Assembly: GCA_021162815.1 (NCBI GenBank)
Contig: JAGGXW010000006.1
Location: 15,081 to 79,080, forward strand
Length of the DNA: 64,000 bases
Direction: 5' to 3'
DNA from: Thermoplasmata archaeon
GTDB lineage: Archaea; Thermoplasmatota; E2; UBA202; JdFR-43
Shown piece by piece: positions 48,284-58,648 of the stretch. Each line of letters begins with the position of its first letter. Position 1 is the first letter of the stretch. The notes under the pieces were generated by a model. It did not search any database, was not told the origin of the DNA, and was given only the letters and a program-made list of their open reading frames with translations. The position numbers were made by a program, and so were the translations under genes.

Positions 48284-50007
48284 GAGTAGCTGTAATAGAC
48301 AGGGACAGATGCCAGCCTAAAAAGTGCGCTCAGGAATGCATAAAGTATTGCCCACTGGTCAGAAATGGCGTGGAAGCAATAAAGATGGTGGATGACAAGC
48401 CATGGATTTCTGAAGAGTTATGTGTTGGATGTGGCATATGCGTTCATAAATGCCCTTTCAAAGCAATCCACATTGAAAATCTGGCAGATGAACTTGAAAA
48501 GGATGTTGTACATCAGTATGGGGAAAATGGCTTCCGCCTTTTCAGGCTTCCTCTACCTGCGAAGGGGAAGGTTGTGGGAATACTCGGAGAGAATGGAATA
48601 GGAAAGACCACTGCTTTAAATATTCTCTCAGGAAGAATAATACCAAATTTTGGAGTAGTTGATAAAAAAATCGACTGGGATTATGTTATAGATAAATGGA
48701 GAGGAACTCAATTCGCAAATTATTTCAGGGAAATAGCAGACAAAAAAATTAAAATAAGTTACAAGCCCCAGTATGTTGATAGGCTCTCCCATTACAATGG
48801 TACTGTAAAGGAATTTATTGAAGAGATGGGAGTACATGGCAAGGGCTTGGAAAACATTTTTGATAGAAAGATGTCCCAGGTGGCTGGAGGGGAATTGCAG
48901 AAAATAGCAATAACTGTAGCTGCAGAAAAGGATGCGGATATATATTTCTTTGATGAACCCTCATCATATCTGGATATAAAAAACAGGCTTGAAATGGCAA
49001 AAATAATAAGAGGACTTGCAGAAAATAAAATGGTTGTTGTTGTGGAACATGATCTTGCGGTTCTCGATTTTCTTGCAGACATTATTCACATACTGTATGG
49101 TAAAAAAGGTGTTTATGGAGTTGTAACAGGAGCAAAGAGTGTGAGGCATGGCATAAATCTATATCTATCCGGCTATCTGAAAGAAGAGAATGTAAGATTT
49201 GGGGAAGAAATAAAATTTGAAAAACATCCTCCAAGAGAGACAAAGGATGCTGAGATAGTGGTTCAGTTTGGATGGCTGAAAAAAAGTTTTGGTGATTTCA
49301 CACTGGAGATTGAGGGAGGAGAGATTTATAGAGGAGAGGTTGTGGGCATTGTAGGACCAAATGGAATAGGAAAAACAACATTTGTTAAGATGCTAGCTGG
49401 AGTGATAGAGCCCGATGAAGGGGAGATAGAAAAAGAGGTCAAGGTGAGTTATAAGCCACAATACATCAGGCCTATGGAAGGAGTTGTGAGAGATGTATTT
49501 GAAAAAAACAAAGATAATTTCCATATCCTATATGATAAGGAGGTGCTCCATCCTCTCGGCATACATGAACTATATGAAAAAAGGCTCAAGGAATTATCTG
49601 GAGGCGAGTTGCAGACAGTAGCCATAGCGTTATGCCTCTCGATGGAAGCAGACATATATCTCATTGATGAGCCATCTGCATATCTCGATGCAAAGCAAAG
49701 AATGAGGGTTGCGAAGGTAATAAGAAGAATAATGGAAAAGGAGGGAAAAGCGGCAATGGTGGTTGAGCATGATGTGTATTTTATAGACATGGTGAGTCAA
49801 TCCCTCATGGTGTTCACAGGCGAGCCAGGAAAACATGGCACAGGAAAGGGCCCCTATAGTTTGAGAGATGGAATGAACTTATTTTTGAAAGAGCTGGGAA
49901 TAACTTTCAGAAGAGATGAAGAAAGCAACAGGCCAAGAGTTAACAAATTAAATTCCACTCTGGACAGACAGCAGAAGGAAATAGGAGAATATTATTACGA
50001 GATATAG
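48280..50007 (+). CDS. abcE1: ABCE1 / RNase L inhibitor (ribosome recycling factor)
   Basis: N-terminal FeS domain (RCQPKKCAQECIKYCPL..., CVGCGICVHKCP) followed by twin ABC cassettes. 575 aa. Its start overlaps the acdA stop. Confidence 0.9.
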   Translation: MRVAVIDRDRCQPKKCAQECIKYCPLVRNGVEAIKMVDDKPWISEELCVGCGICVHKCPFKAIHIENLADELEKDVVHQYGENGFRLFRLPLPAKGKVVGILGENGIGKTTALNILSGRIIPNFGVVDKKIDWDYVIDKWRGTQFANYFREIADKKIKISYKPQYVDRLSHYNGTVKEFIEEMGVHGKGLENIFDRKMSQVAGGELQKIAITVAAEKDADIYFFDEPSSYLDIKNRLEMAKIIRGLAENKMVVVVEHDLAVLDFLADIIHILYGKKGVYGVVTGAKSVRHGINLYLSGYLKEENVRFGEEIKFEKHPPRETKDAEIVVQFGWLKKSFGDFTLEIEGGEIYRGEVVGIVGPNGIGKTTFVKMLAGVIEPDEGEIEKEVKVSYKPQYIRPMEGVVRDVFEKNKDNFHILYDKEVLHPLGIHELYEKRLKELSGGELQTVAIALCLSMEADIYLIDEPSAYLDAKQRMRVAKVIRRIMEKEGKAAMVVEHDVYFIDMVSQSLMVFTGEPGKHGTGKGPYSLRDGMNLFLKELGITFRRDEESNRPRVNKLNSTLDRQQKEIGEYYYEI

Positions 50008-52209
50008 TTACATTACCTCTATTCCCTTGCTTATCTCCTTTTTGGATATTCCCTTCCCTATTTTTGATGAAATCTCCTTGTAGTAATCCATCATTTCATC
50101 ATCAACTGATGGGTGCATGTTCTTTATTGCCTCCATGAAATGCTTTCTCTTCACCTGGTTGGCTTTTATGCTTTCCCGCAGTGCAATCATGGCTGCCTCC
50201 CTGCATATTGCCTCTATGTCAGCACCTACAAAACCATTTGTCAGCTCGGCAAGTTCATCAATGCTTACATCTTTGGCAAGAGGCATGCTCTTGGTATGTA
50301 TTTTGAATATCTCCTTTCTCGCCTCTTTATCCGGCACACCAACAAGAATCAATTCATCAAATCTTCCAGGCCTAAGTAAAGATGGGTCAATTATATCAGG
50401 CCTGTTTGTTGCCCCTATTACCACAACATCATTCATCTTCTCAAGACCATCTATTGAAGTAAGAAGCTGGTTAACAACAGTCTCAGTAACTCTTGTTCCA
50501 TCATAGGCACCTCTCCTCGGAGCTATGGCATCTATCTCATCGAGAAATATAACGGATGGAGCCACCTGTTTGGCTTTCTTGAATATTTCCCTTACAGCCT
50601 TCTCACTCTCTCCCACCCATTTGCTGAATATCTCTGGCCCCTTGATGGATAAAAAGTTTGCCTGGCTTTCGGTGGCCACAGCCTTTGCAAGCAATGTTTT
50701 TCCCGTGCCTGGAGGACCATAAAGCAGTATTCCTTTTGGAGGTCTTATGCCCATTCTTTTGAAAACCTCAGGCTTCTTGAGAGGCCATTCTACCGCTTCC
50801 TTCAGTTTCTTTTTAACATCCTCAAGCCCTCCAACATCATCCCATCTTACCTTTGGTATTTCCACCAGCACCTCTCTTAAGGCAGATGGCTCAATCATTC
50901 TGAGAGCGTTGGTAAAGTCCTTCATTGTCACTTCCATTTTCTCCAGCACTTCAGTCGGTATGGGCTTATCAAGATCTATTTCAGGAAGATATCTCCTCAA
51001 CGCATTCATGGCAGCCTCTCTGGCCAGAGCAGCAAGATCAGCGCCAACAAAGCCATATGTCACATCTGCAAGATGCTCGATATTTACATCCTTTGCCAGG
51101 GGCATCCCACGAGTGTGTATCTCCAGTATCTCCTTTCTACCCTTTCTATCTGGAACGCCTATCTCTATCTCCCTGTCAAATCTTCCGGGGCGGCGCAAAG
51201 CAGGGTCTATTGAATCAGGCCTGTTTGTTGCCCCTATGACAATAACCTTCCCCCTCCCTTTCAAACCATCCATGAGGGTTAGTAATTGAGAAACAACCCT
51301 TCTCTCAACCTCTCCATGAACCTCCTCTCTTTTAGGCGCTATGGCATCTATCTCATCTATAAATATTATGGATGGAGCGCTCTTCTCCCCCTCCTCAAAT
51401 GTTTTTCTTAAGTTCTCCTCACTCTGCCCATAAAATTTGCTCATTATCTCTGGCCCGTTTATGGTGAAGAAGCTTGCTCCGCTTTCATTTGCCACAGCTC
51501 TTGCAATCAGCGTTTTTCCAGTGCCAGGTGGACCATAAAGTAAAACACCCTTTGGAGGATCTATGCCCAGTCTTTCAAACAACTCCGGATGCTTCAATGG
51601 GAGTTCAATCATCTCCCTTATTTTCATTATTTCCTCATGCAGCCCCCCAATGTCTTCGTAACTCACCTGAGGAAGTACAAGCATTTCCTCCTTCACTGGC
51701 TCTTCCCTCACAATTATATCTGTTTCCTCCCCTATGAGAACTATTCCTTTTGGCTCGGTTTTTATAACTCCAAAGGGAAGGGAGTTTCCAAAAAGAGCTA
51801 TGCCCGGTATAACAATGGTATCTCCAGCAGTAACAGGGCGCTTGAGCAATCCCCTCTTAACAAGGCTTTCTATACCCCTTCCAAACTGTATTTTCTGGCT
51901 TTGAGGAATGGCAGGCGCAATTATCACCCTTGATGCAATAAGAGGCTGTGCCTTCCTCACCACAACTTTATCTCCTATCCCAACTCTTGCATTCTTTCTT
52001 GTGAGATTATCAATTCTTATTATTCCAAGCCCCTCATCTGTTGGACGAGCTCTCCATACTATGGCTCCTGTCTTCCTGCCTCCTTCAATTTCTATTACAT
52101 CTCCGGGTGAGACATCAAGCTCTATCCTGGTTTTTGCATCCAGCCTGGCCCTGCCTGCGCCAACATCCTGGCTCAATCCTTCCGCCACTCTAAGTACAAC
52201 CTCTCTCAT
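50008..52209 (-). CDS. cdc48: CDC48/VCP-type AAA+ ATPase (N-domain + D1 + D2)
   Basis: Two AAA modules, each with Walker A GPPGTGKT, Walker B DEID and an SRH; 733 aa. Confidence 0.9.
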   Translation of the reverse strand: MREVVLRVAEGLSQDVGAGRARLDAKTRIELDVSPGDVIEIEGGRKTGAIVWRARPTDEGLGIIRIDNLTRKNARVGIGDKVVVRKAQPLIASRVIIAPAIPQSQKIQFGRGIESLVKRGLLKRPVTAGDTIVIPGIALFGNSLPFGVIKTEPKGIVLIGEETDIIVREEPVKEEMLVLPQVSYEDIGGLHEEIMKIREMIELPLKHPELFERLGIDPPKGVLLYGPPGTGKTLIARAVANESGASFFTINGPEIMSKFYGQSEENLRKTFEEGEKSAPSIIFIDEIDAIAPKREEVHGEVERRVVSQLLTLMDGLKGRGKVIVIGATNRPDSIDPALRRPGRFDREIEIGVPDRKGRKEILEIHTRGMPLAKDVNIEHLADVTYGFVGADLAALAREAAMNALRRYLPEIDLDKPIPTEVLEKMEVTMKDFTNALRMIEPSALREVLVEIPKVRWDDVGGLEDVKKKLKEAVEWPLKKPEVFKRMGIRPPKGILLYGPPGTGKTLLAKAVATESQANFLSIKGPEIFSKWVGESEKAVREIFKKAKQVAPSVIFLDEIDAIAPRRGAYDGTRVTETVVNQLLTSIDGLEKMNDVVVIGATNRPDIIDPSLLRPGRFDELILVGVPDKEARKEIFKIHTKSMPLAKDVSIDELAELTNGFVGADIEAICREAAMIALRESIKANQVKRKHFMEAIKNMHPSVDDEMMDYYKEISSKIGKGISKKEISKGIEVM

Positions 52210-52245
52210 ATTCTCACAATATCATATTTTGCTGCTATTAATCTT

Positions 52246-55200
52246 TTGCTGCTCAATTATATAACTCAAAATAAATTTATAGCACGGCCTCTTTTCATCA
52301 ATGTGGAAGAGTATTTTAAAGAGATAGAACAACGTATCCAGAAAGTTTACAGCATTGCGGAGAAAGCAAGAAGGAAAGGAGTTGACCCCAAAACAGAGAT
52401 AGAAACATCATTTGCAAAGGACCTGGCAGAGAGGGTGGAGGAACTTGTTGGGCCAAAAGGAATTGCAAAAAAGATAAGGAAGTATTTGAAGAAGTATGGA
52501 AGGGAGGAGACAGCAATACAGATTGCCCTTGAAATTGCAGAGAGTATGGAAGGTGATTTTGCCTCCGTTATAGAGCAGGCTGTGAGGACGGGGCTGGCAA
52601 TATTGACGGAAGGTGTGCTTGTTGCTCCCATAGAGGGTATATCGAGGGTGGAAATAGGCAAAAACGATGATGGAACAAGATATGTGGATTTGTATTTTGC
52701 AGGCCCTATAAGGAGTGCGGGAGGAACCGGAGAGGCAATGAGTGTGCTGATTGCTGATGTTGTGAGAAGGAGACTTGGCATAGACAGATACAAGCCAACT
52801 GATGATGAAGTGGAAAGATACAAGGAGGAAATACCTCTCTATGATAGAGTATCTCATCTTCAATATCTTCCATCTCCAGAGGAAATAGAAACCATTGTGA
52901 GAAATTGCCCGATATGCATAAATGGAGAGGCAACAGAGGATAGAGAGGTGATGGGAAAAAGGGACCTGCCAAGAGTAAAAACCAATAAGCTGAGGGGAGG
53001 GGCATGTCTGGTAATAGCAGAAGGACTGAGCCAGAAGGCTCCAAAAATACTGAAACATGTATCCAATCTTGGCTTAAAAGGCTGGGAATTTCTGAATACA
53101 TTTGTAAAGGAAAGCGGCACCTCTTCAGGAATAGCTCCATCGGAGAAATACATAAAGGATTTAATTGCGGGAAGACCTGTTTTCAGCCATCCATCCCGTA
53201 AGGGAGGGTTCAGACTGAGATATGGAAGATGCAGGACCTGTGGTTTGGCAGCGACGGCAATCCACCCAGCCACAATGTATCTGGTAAAGGAATTCATAGC
53301 AATAGGGACGCAGCTGAAGACAGAAAGGCCGGGCAAGGGAACGGTGGCAACACCATGCGACTCCATAGAAGGGCCAATGGTCCTTCTTGATAATGGAGAT
53401 TTCATACAGCTTAACAGCATCGAAGATGCCAAAAAATATTCATCAAGAGTTAAGCAAATAATTGACCTGGGAGAGATACTTGTTCCATTTGGAGAATTTG
53501 CAGAGAATAATGCAATACTTCCCCCCGCCAGTTATTGCCATGAATGGTGGGAGCAGGAGCTGAAAGAGGCTGGAGGAAAATATGAAGGAGTGCCAGATGC
53601 ATTTGAGGCATTCAGATTATCTGAAGAATACGGCATCCCTCTCCATCCGGCCCACACCTTTTTCTGGCATGATGTGGGTGTTGAGGATATTCTATACTTA
53701 AGGCAACAGCTAAAAAAAGCCAGCTGGGATGGAAAAAATCTTGTGATGGAAAAGGATGAAAAATGCAAAAAAATACTTCTCGAGCTTGGTGTCCTGCATC
53801 TGGAGAGAGATGGTTACATCATAACCAATCCATACCCTCTCATAAGATGCCTTGGATATGACATTGAGGATAACAAACTCATTGAAAAAAGAGACGGAAC
53901 AGCCAGTGATTCCATCGAACTTGTATCTCAGCTGGCAGGCGTTAAAATAATGCCCAAAGCTCCGCATCGCATAGGAGCCAGGATGGGGCGCCCCGAAAAG
54001 GCGGCAGCAAGAATAATGAAGGCAAGCCCCCATGTTCTCTATCCTGTAGGTGAGGCGGGAGGAAGGGAGAGACTCATCACATCTGCCTCCTGGGTGGAGG
54101 TGGAGATGGGGGAGAGGAGATGTGAAAAATGTGGCAACATAACATACAAGGCAAGATGTGAAAAATGTGGAGGACATACATATTTTACTGGAAGAATAAG
54201 CAAGTTCAGAATAAATCCAAGGCTGGAGATAGAGAATGCCGCTTCTAAGCTAAATGTTGAGATTCCTCCAAAAGTTAAGGGAGTTATAGGACTTTCATCA
54301 AAAAGCAAAACACCGGAGAGTATTGAAAAAGGATTGCTCAGGGCGAAGCATGGAGTATATGTTTTCAAGGACGGAACAGCAAGATTTGATATGACAAACA
54401 TGCCAATAACTCATTTCAAGCCATATGAGATTGGAACAAGTGTTGAGAAGTTGAGAGAACTTGGCTACGAATATGACTGGCAGGGAAATAGGCTTGAAAG
54501 AGATGACCAGATATGTGAGCTGAAACCCCAGGACATAATACCATCAATAAAGGCGGGGGAATACATGCTGAGAGTGACGAAATTCATAGATGAAATGCTT
54601 ACCAAAGTGTATGGAATGGGTGCTTTCTATAAAGCAGAGAGCGTTCATGATTTAGTTGGCCATCTTGTGGTTGGTCTATCCCCCCATACTTCAGCAGGCA
54701 TAGTGGGAAGAATAATAGGGTTTATAGATGCAAATGTTGGCGGTGCCCACCCATTTTTCCATGCAGCAAAAAGGAGGAACTGTGATGGAGATGAGGATGC
54801 AATAATGATGCTTCTTGATGTGCTTATTAACTTTTCATATGAATATATCCCTGAGAAGAGAGGAGGAAAGATGGATTTGCCTGTCGTCATTGCAACAAGA
54901 ATAATAGTGACAGAAATAGATAAAGAGGGCCTGAATATTGACCTGCTATCAAAATATCCTCTCCAGTTTTTCAGGAAAACAATGGAGTACCCGCATCCAA
55001 AGGAGCTTGAGAAGATGATGGAGCTGGTGTCATCAAGGATTGGCAGTGGGAGAGAATATGAGGGGTTTGGATTCACCCATGATACTACCAATATAAATGA
55101 TGGACCAAAAACATCTGCATATAAATTGCTTAATAAAATGGAGGATAAGTTAAATGCTCAGATGGAACTTGCTGTGAAAATAAGGGCTGTTGACGAGGGA

Positions 55201-55533
55201 GATGTGGCAAGCAGGATAATACAGACTCATTTTCTTCCTGATCTCATGGGAAATATGAGGGCATTTACAAGGCAGCAGTTCAGATGCTCCAAATGCAATA
55301 AAAAGTTCAGGCGGGTTCCTTTAACAGGAAAATGTCCATATTGTGGAGGGAATATAATAATGACAGTGCATGAAAAATCCATAAAGAAGTATCTTGAGCC
55401 TGCAAAAAATCTTGTTGAGAATTTTGATGTACCTGAGTACACAAGACAGAGGATATTACTTTTTGAGAAATTCGTTGATTCTTTATTTAAAAATGATAGG
55501 GTTAAGAATACCACCCTGAAAGATTTTTTCTAA
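52246..55533 (+). CDS. polC: DNA polymerase II (PolD) large subunit DP2
   Basis: 1095 aa. Conserved DP2 blocks and C-terminal Zn clusters (CSKCNKKF...CPYCGG). No intein-sized insertion. Confidence 0.85.
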   Translation: MLLNYITQNKFIARPLFINVEEYFKEIEQRIQKVYSIAEKARRKGVDPKTEIETSFAKDLAERVEELVGPKGIAKKIRKYLKKYGREETAIQIALEIAESMEGDFASVIEQAVRTGLAILTEGVLVAPIEGISRVEIGKNDDGTRYVDLYFAGPIRSAGGTGEAMSVLIADVVRRRLGIDRYKPTDDEVERYKEEIPLYDRVSHLQYLPSPEEIETIVRNCPICINGEATEDREVMGKRDLPRVKTNKLRGGACLVIAEGLSQKAPKILKHVSNLGLKGWEFLNTFVKESGTSSGIAPSEKYIKDLIAGRPVFSHPSRKGGFRLRYGRCRTCGLAATAIHPATMYLVKEFIAIGTQLKTERPGKGTVATPCDSIEGPMVLLDNGDFIQLNSIEDAKKYSSRVKQIIDLGEILVPFGEFAENNAILPPASYCHEWWEQELKEAGGKYEGVPDAFEAFRLSEEYGIPLHPAHTFFWHDVGVEDILYLRQQLKKASWDGKNLVMEKDEKCKKILLELGVLHLERDGYIITNPYPLIRCLGYDIEDNKLIEKRDGTASDSIELVSQLAGVKIMPKAPHRIGARMGRPEKAAARIMKASPHVLYPVGEAGGRERLITSASWVEVEMGERRCEKCGNITYKARCEKCGGHTYFTGRISKFRINPRLEIENAASKLNVEIPPKVKGVIGLSSKSKTPESIEKGLLRAKHGVYVFKDGTARFDMTNMPITHFKPYEIGTSVEKLRELGYEYDWQGNRLERDDQICELKPQDIIPSIKAGEYMLRVTKFIDEMLTKVYGMGAFYKAESVHDLVGHLVVGLSPHTSAGIVGRIIGFIDANVGGAHPFFHAAKRRNCDGDEDAIMMLLDVLINFSYEYIPEKRGGKMDLPVVIATRIIVTEIDKEGLNIDLLSKYPLQFFRKTMEYPHPKELEKMMELVSSRIGSGREYEGFGFTHDTTNINDGPKTSAYKLLNKMEDKLNAQMELAVKIRAVDEGDVASRIIQTHFLPDLMGNMRAFTRQQFRCSKCNKKFRRVPLTGKCPYCGGNIIMTVHEKSIKKYLEPAKNLVENFDVPEYTRQRILLFEKFVDSLFKNDRVKNTTLKDFF

Positions 55534-56363
55534 ATCAGTTTTATCTTTCCAAGCTCTGGCTCATATATCAATCCCTTATCCATCAATGAGGAAATGGCAT
55601 CCTCTGCATCCTCTTTTGAAATGCCTTCCTCCATGGCTTTGCTCACCACTTCATCCCATTCAATAGCATCATCCACATTCATATTCTTTATAATCTGGAC
55701 TATTTTGTCCTCCACCTCTTTCAAATCTTTTCTCGTTTCCATCTTTCCTTCCACAAGATAATTCAAAGCCTCCCTGAGCAATATTTCATAGTGGTCTATA
55801 TCAATATCTCCATAAAACTTGACTGCCTCCACAACCCCCTCAGCAACTCTTGATGGATAACCAAGTTCTATAAGCTGTCTCACAGATGGAATTGACATGG
55901 ACATTGCCTCTCTCATTGCATCTATTCTCATTTTCATACCCCTTGCCGCCTCCAGAACCCATAGATCTCTCAGATGAGCGTCAGCATTCTTAACCGTCTC
56001 AGCCCTTATGGATAGATAGACAGCCCCTTCCTCTGGCTCATAAATTCTGGCTTTTCCTGCCACAGCAACATAGCTCGGCACCTCCATGTCAGCAAGTAAA
56101 CTTGCTGCTTCAGGATTGAATGGCTCCGCATAAACATTATGTATTCCCGTTGGATCTGCTATTCTCGCCCTCCATCTTATGCCTTCTTTGGCAATGTTTT
56201 CCACATCTGTAAGAACGCCAACAATGTATATTCTGTTTATTTTCGCCCCTAAAGGAGTTATTACAAATTTTGGTGCCTTCTCACCCATACCCTGCACAAC
56301 ATGTGTGGCATCATTATACTCTGCAGCAAAAATTCTCCATGATGACTCTCTCATATTGCTCAC
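55530..56363 (-). CDS. replication protein A 32-kDa-like subunit / RPA-associated protein (OB fold + C-terminal winged helix)
   Basis: 277 aa with a single OB-fold region and an acidic C-terminal wH-like tail. Its start overlaps the stop of the upstream RPA gene. Confidence 0.55.
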   Translation of the reverse strand: MSNMRESSWRIFAAEYNDATHVVQGMGEKAPKFVITPLGAKINRIYIVGVLTDVENIAKEGIRWRARIADPTGIHNVYAEPFNPEAASLLADMEVPSYVAVAGKARIYEPEEGAVYLSIRAETVKNADAHLRDLWVLEAARGMKMRIDAMREAMSMSIPSVRQLIELGYPSRVAEGVVEAVKFYGDIDIDHYEILLREALNYLVEGKMETRKDLKEVEDKIVQIIKNMNVDDAIEWDEVVSKAMEEGISKEDAEDAISSLMDKGLIYEPELGKIKLI

Positions 56364-57604
56364 CCCATCTCCATGAGCAGCTGTTCAGCCTCCTCTTTAA
56401 CATCTATCTCAACAATATCAGCCTCTCTTGCAATTATGGAAACAATGAACTCGCTCTGAATTGAATCTCCTTTAACCCTGATTGTTTTGAACAGCAACTT
56501 ATCCACAATTTCCTCATGAACTATTCCATAGTCCATAGCCTCTTCAGCCACTTTAAGATAATCATCCATGCTCTTTCCGAGTAATTTTTCAGCTATATCC
56601 CTGTTAAATATAACATCAACAGCTCCTGTGGAATCATCAATTATGGCCCTTATCCTCAAATCTGCCACACCTTCAACCTGTCCATGTTCCTCACATACCC
56701 CTTCCCTTATTTTTCTTCCACACTGAGGACATCTGAATATGATTCCGGAATCTTTTCTTATTTCAAGAACGTCTCCCTCCATAACAAGTCTTATGCCCCC
56801 TCCTCTTTCAACCACCTTATATATGGGAATAACATGCTCCATGTACTCTATATCCTCATCTATCTTCTCCACTTCCGCATTTTCATCGAATATGAGCTGC
56901 GGCGCCCCCCGCCATGCACGGATATAAGCCCCTTTTATCCTTATTGCATCACCTTCAGCAAGTTCAAAATCCTTCCAGGCTGTGAAAGGCACAACTGCTG
57001 TTTCGTCCTTAATAATTCCAGAGAAGACGGTCTTTGTTTCATCCCCTATGCTAACTTCCCTCTTCTCTATACTCTCGATTTTGCCCCTCACCTCAACATT
57101 TGAAAGGCCAGGGCGAATGTCGATGAGATTGTATTTTCTTGGTTGCCTTTTCACAAGTTCTATATCCTCATCTATTTTCTCCACAACAGTCCATTCTGAA
57201 AGGCTTAATCTCGGCTGAGATAGCCACTCACTGGAAGAAGCATTTCTTATCCTGATAACATCTCCTTTTGATATGCCAAAATCCTTCCATGCTGTGAATG
57301 GTATGACCGCAGTATCATCTCCCAACAACCCCCTGTAAATTTTTCTTCTGCTTCCTCTCACCTCAACCTCTCTTTCCTCTATTGTCAGTACCTTGCCCTT
57401 CGTAATAATATTTCTTTCATTTACTCCAATATCCTTTATCTTTTTCTCCTTTGCAGGAGTTCCGTATTTCTTTATGAGAGCATTTTTAGCCTGCTCAACT
57501 GGAACGCCATATTCTATGAATTCCTTCAATTTCTTTTCTATCTCCTCTCTATCAGCATCAACATTTGCAAGAATTTCCTCAACTGCCTCCTCAAATTCCA
57601 TCAT
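56360..57604 (-). CDS. rpa: replication protein A (multi-OB-fold ssDNA-binding protein with zinc ribbon)
   Basis: Repeated OB-fold blocks (…TAVIPFTAWKDF…GDVIRI…; …TAVVPFTAWKDF…GDAIRI…) and Zn ribbon CPQCGRK...C.EHG. Confidence 0.75.
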   Translation of the reverse strand: MMEFEEAVEEILANVDADREEIEKKLKEFIEYGVPVEQAKNALIKKYGTPAKEKKIKDIGVNERNIITKGKVLTIEEREVEVRGSRRKIYRGLLGDDTAVIPFTAWKDFGISKGDVIRIRNASSSEWLSQPRLSLSEWTVVEKIDEDIELVKRQPRKYNLIDIRPGLSNVEVRGKIESIEKREVSIGDETKTVFSGIIKDETAVVPFTAWKDFELAEGDAIRIKGAYIRAWRGAPQLIFDENAEVEKIDEDIEYMEHVIPIYKVVERGGGIRLVMEGDVLEIRKDSGIIFRCPQCGRKIREGVCEEHGQVEGVADLRIRAIIDDSTGAVDVIFNRDIAEKLLGKSMDDYLKVAEEAMDYGIVHEEIVDKLLFKTIRVKGDSIQSEFIVSIIAREADIVEIDVKEEAEQLLMEMG

Positions 57605-57656
57605 TGAATAATGATGAGATGCTATAAAATTTTATTGCAGGTTTGGTTACATACTC

Positions 57657-58064
57657 ATGAAAAAGCCAAGCATAACGGTTGATGGGGTGATATTCAGGAA
57701 CGGAAAAATTCTGCTCATCAAAAGAAAAAATGAGCCATTTAAAGGAAAATGGGCACTGCCGGGGGGATTTGTTGAATATGGAGAGAGATGCGAGGATGCC
57801 GCCATAAGAGAGGTGAGGGAAGAAACTGGCTTGAATGCAAGGATAAAAAAGCTTGTGGGAGTATATTCTGACCCAGAAAGGGATCCAAGAGGGCATACAA
57901 TATCAGTTGTTTATATAATGGAGGGCGAGGGCAATGAAATGGCTGGTGATGATGCATCGGATGCAAAATTTTTTGATATCTCTTCTCTTCCGGAACTCGC
58001 ATTTGACCATGCCAAAATAATAAAGGATGCTGTAAAATTAGCAAAAAAAGAAGGGATTTTATAG
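57657..58064 (+). CDS. Nudix hydrolase
   Basis: Nudix box GGFVEYGERCEDAAIREVREETGL; 135 aa. Confidence 0.8.
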   Translation: MKKPSITVDGVIFRNGKILLIKRKNEPFKGKWALPGGFVEYGERCEDAAIREVREETGLNARIKKLVGVYSDPERDPRGHTISVVYIMEGEGNEMAGDDASDAKFFDISSLPELAFDHAKIIKDAVKLAKKEGIL

Positions 58065-58084
58065 CCTTTTTTAATTTATGAGTA

Positions 58085-58618
58085 ATGGATGAAACGAAGG
58101 ATGTTGTTTATCGGATTCTGAGGTTGCTTAAGGAAAACGTAATAAAAATCCTCATGGCAATAAGGGAGAATGATGGAATAAGATGGAAAGATTTGCAGAA
58201 TGAAACCGGCCTGCCAACAGCCACATTTAACAGGGCATTATCCGCACTTCAGGAAATAAACTTCATAAAAAAGGATGATGAAGGTTATCATCTCACCTGG
58301 ACTGGTAAACTGGTGACGGATGGCCTGATAATGCTCGGATGGCGCATGGCAGACCATGGAGATGTGGTGGATAAAAATGCGGAGGAATTGCTGGCGAAAG
58401 ATGTGGCAATGGCAATAATAGTGCTGATATTCATAAGCATAAAGAGGAGAGGAAGATTGGATTTTGATTTATTTGAGAAGGAGCTAATGAATGAAATGGA
58501 AGTGGCAAGGGAGATATTTAAGGAGTATGAAGAGGATGGCTTCATAGAGTTTAAGGACGGAGAACTGGTGGCAAAGGAAAAGATGAAACTGTTTGATATA
58601 AGCAGCATATTCAAGTGA
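58085..58618 (+). CDS. winged-helix DNA-binding domain protein with central hydrophobic segment
   Basis: N-terminal wHTH-like region (…ILRLLKENVIKILMAIRENDGIRWKDLQNETGLPTATFNRALSALQE…), a hydrophobic stretch AMAIIVLIFISI, and an acidic C-terminus. Confidence 0.4.
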   Translation: MDETKDVVYRILRLLKENVIKILMAIRENDGIRWKDLQNETGLPTATFNRALSALQEINFIKKDDEGYHLTWTGKLVTDGLIMLGWRMADHGDVVDKNAEELLAKDVAMAIIVLIFISIKRRGRLDFDLFEKELMNEMEVAREIFKEYEEDGFIEFKDGELVAKEKMKLFDISSIFK

Positions 58619-58648
58619 AAATATTTATTTGATGAAGGGATTCATATC

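Noticed and set aside
52316-54177. Long antisense ORFs inside polD (e.g. 52408..53058, 52860..53432, 53710..54177)
   Set aside because: They are fully embedded in a high-confidence 1095-codon CDS on the opposite strand, with Ser/Pro/Leu-rich low-complexity translations.
50008-55533. Inteins in CDC48 or PolD DP2
   Set aside because: Both proteins have canonical lengths (733 and 1095 aa) with contiguous conserved motifs; no insertion-sized unexplained segment.
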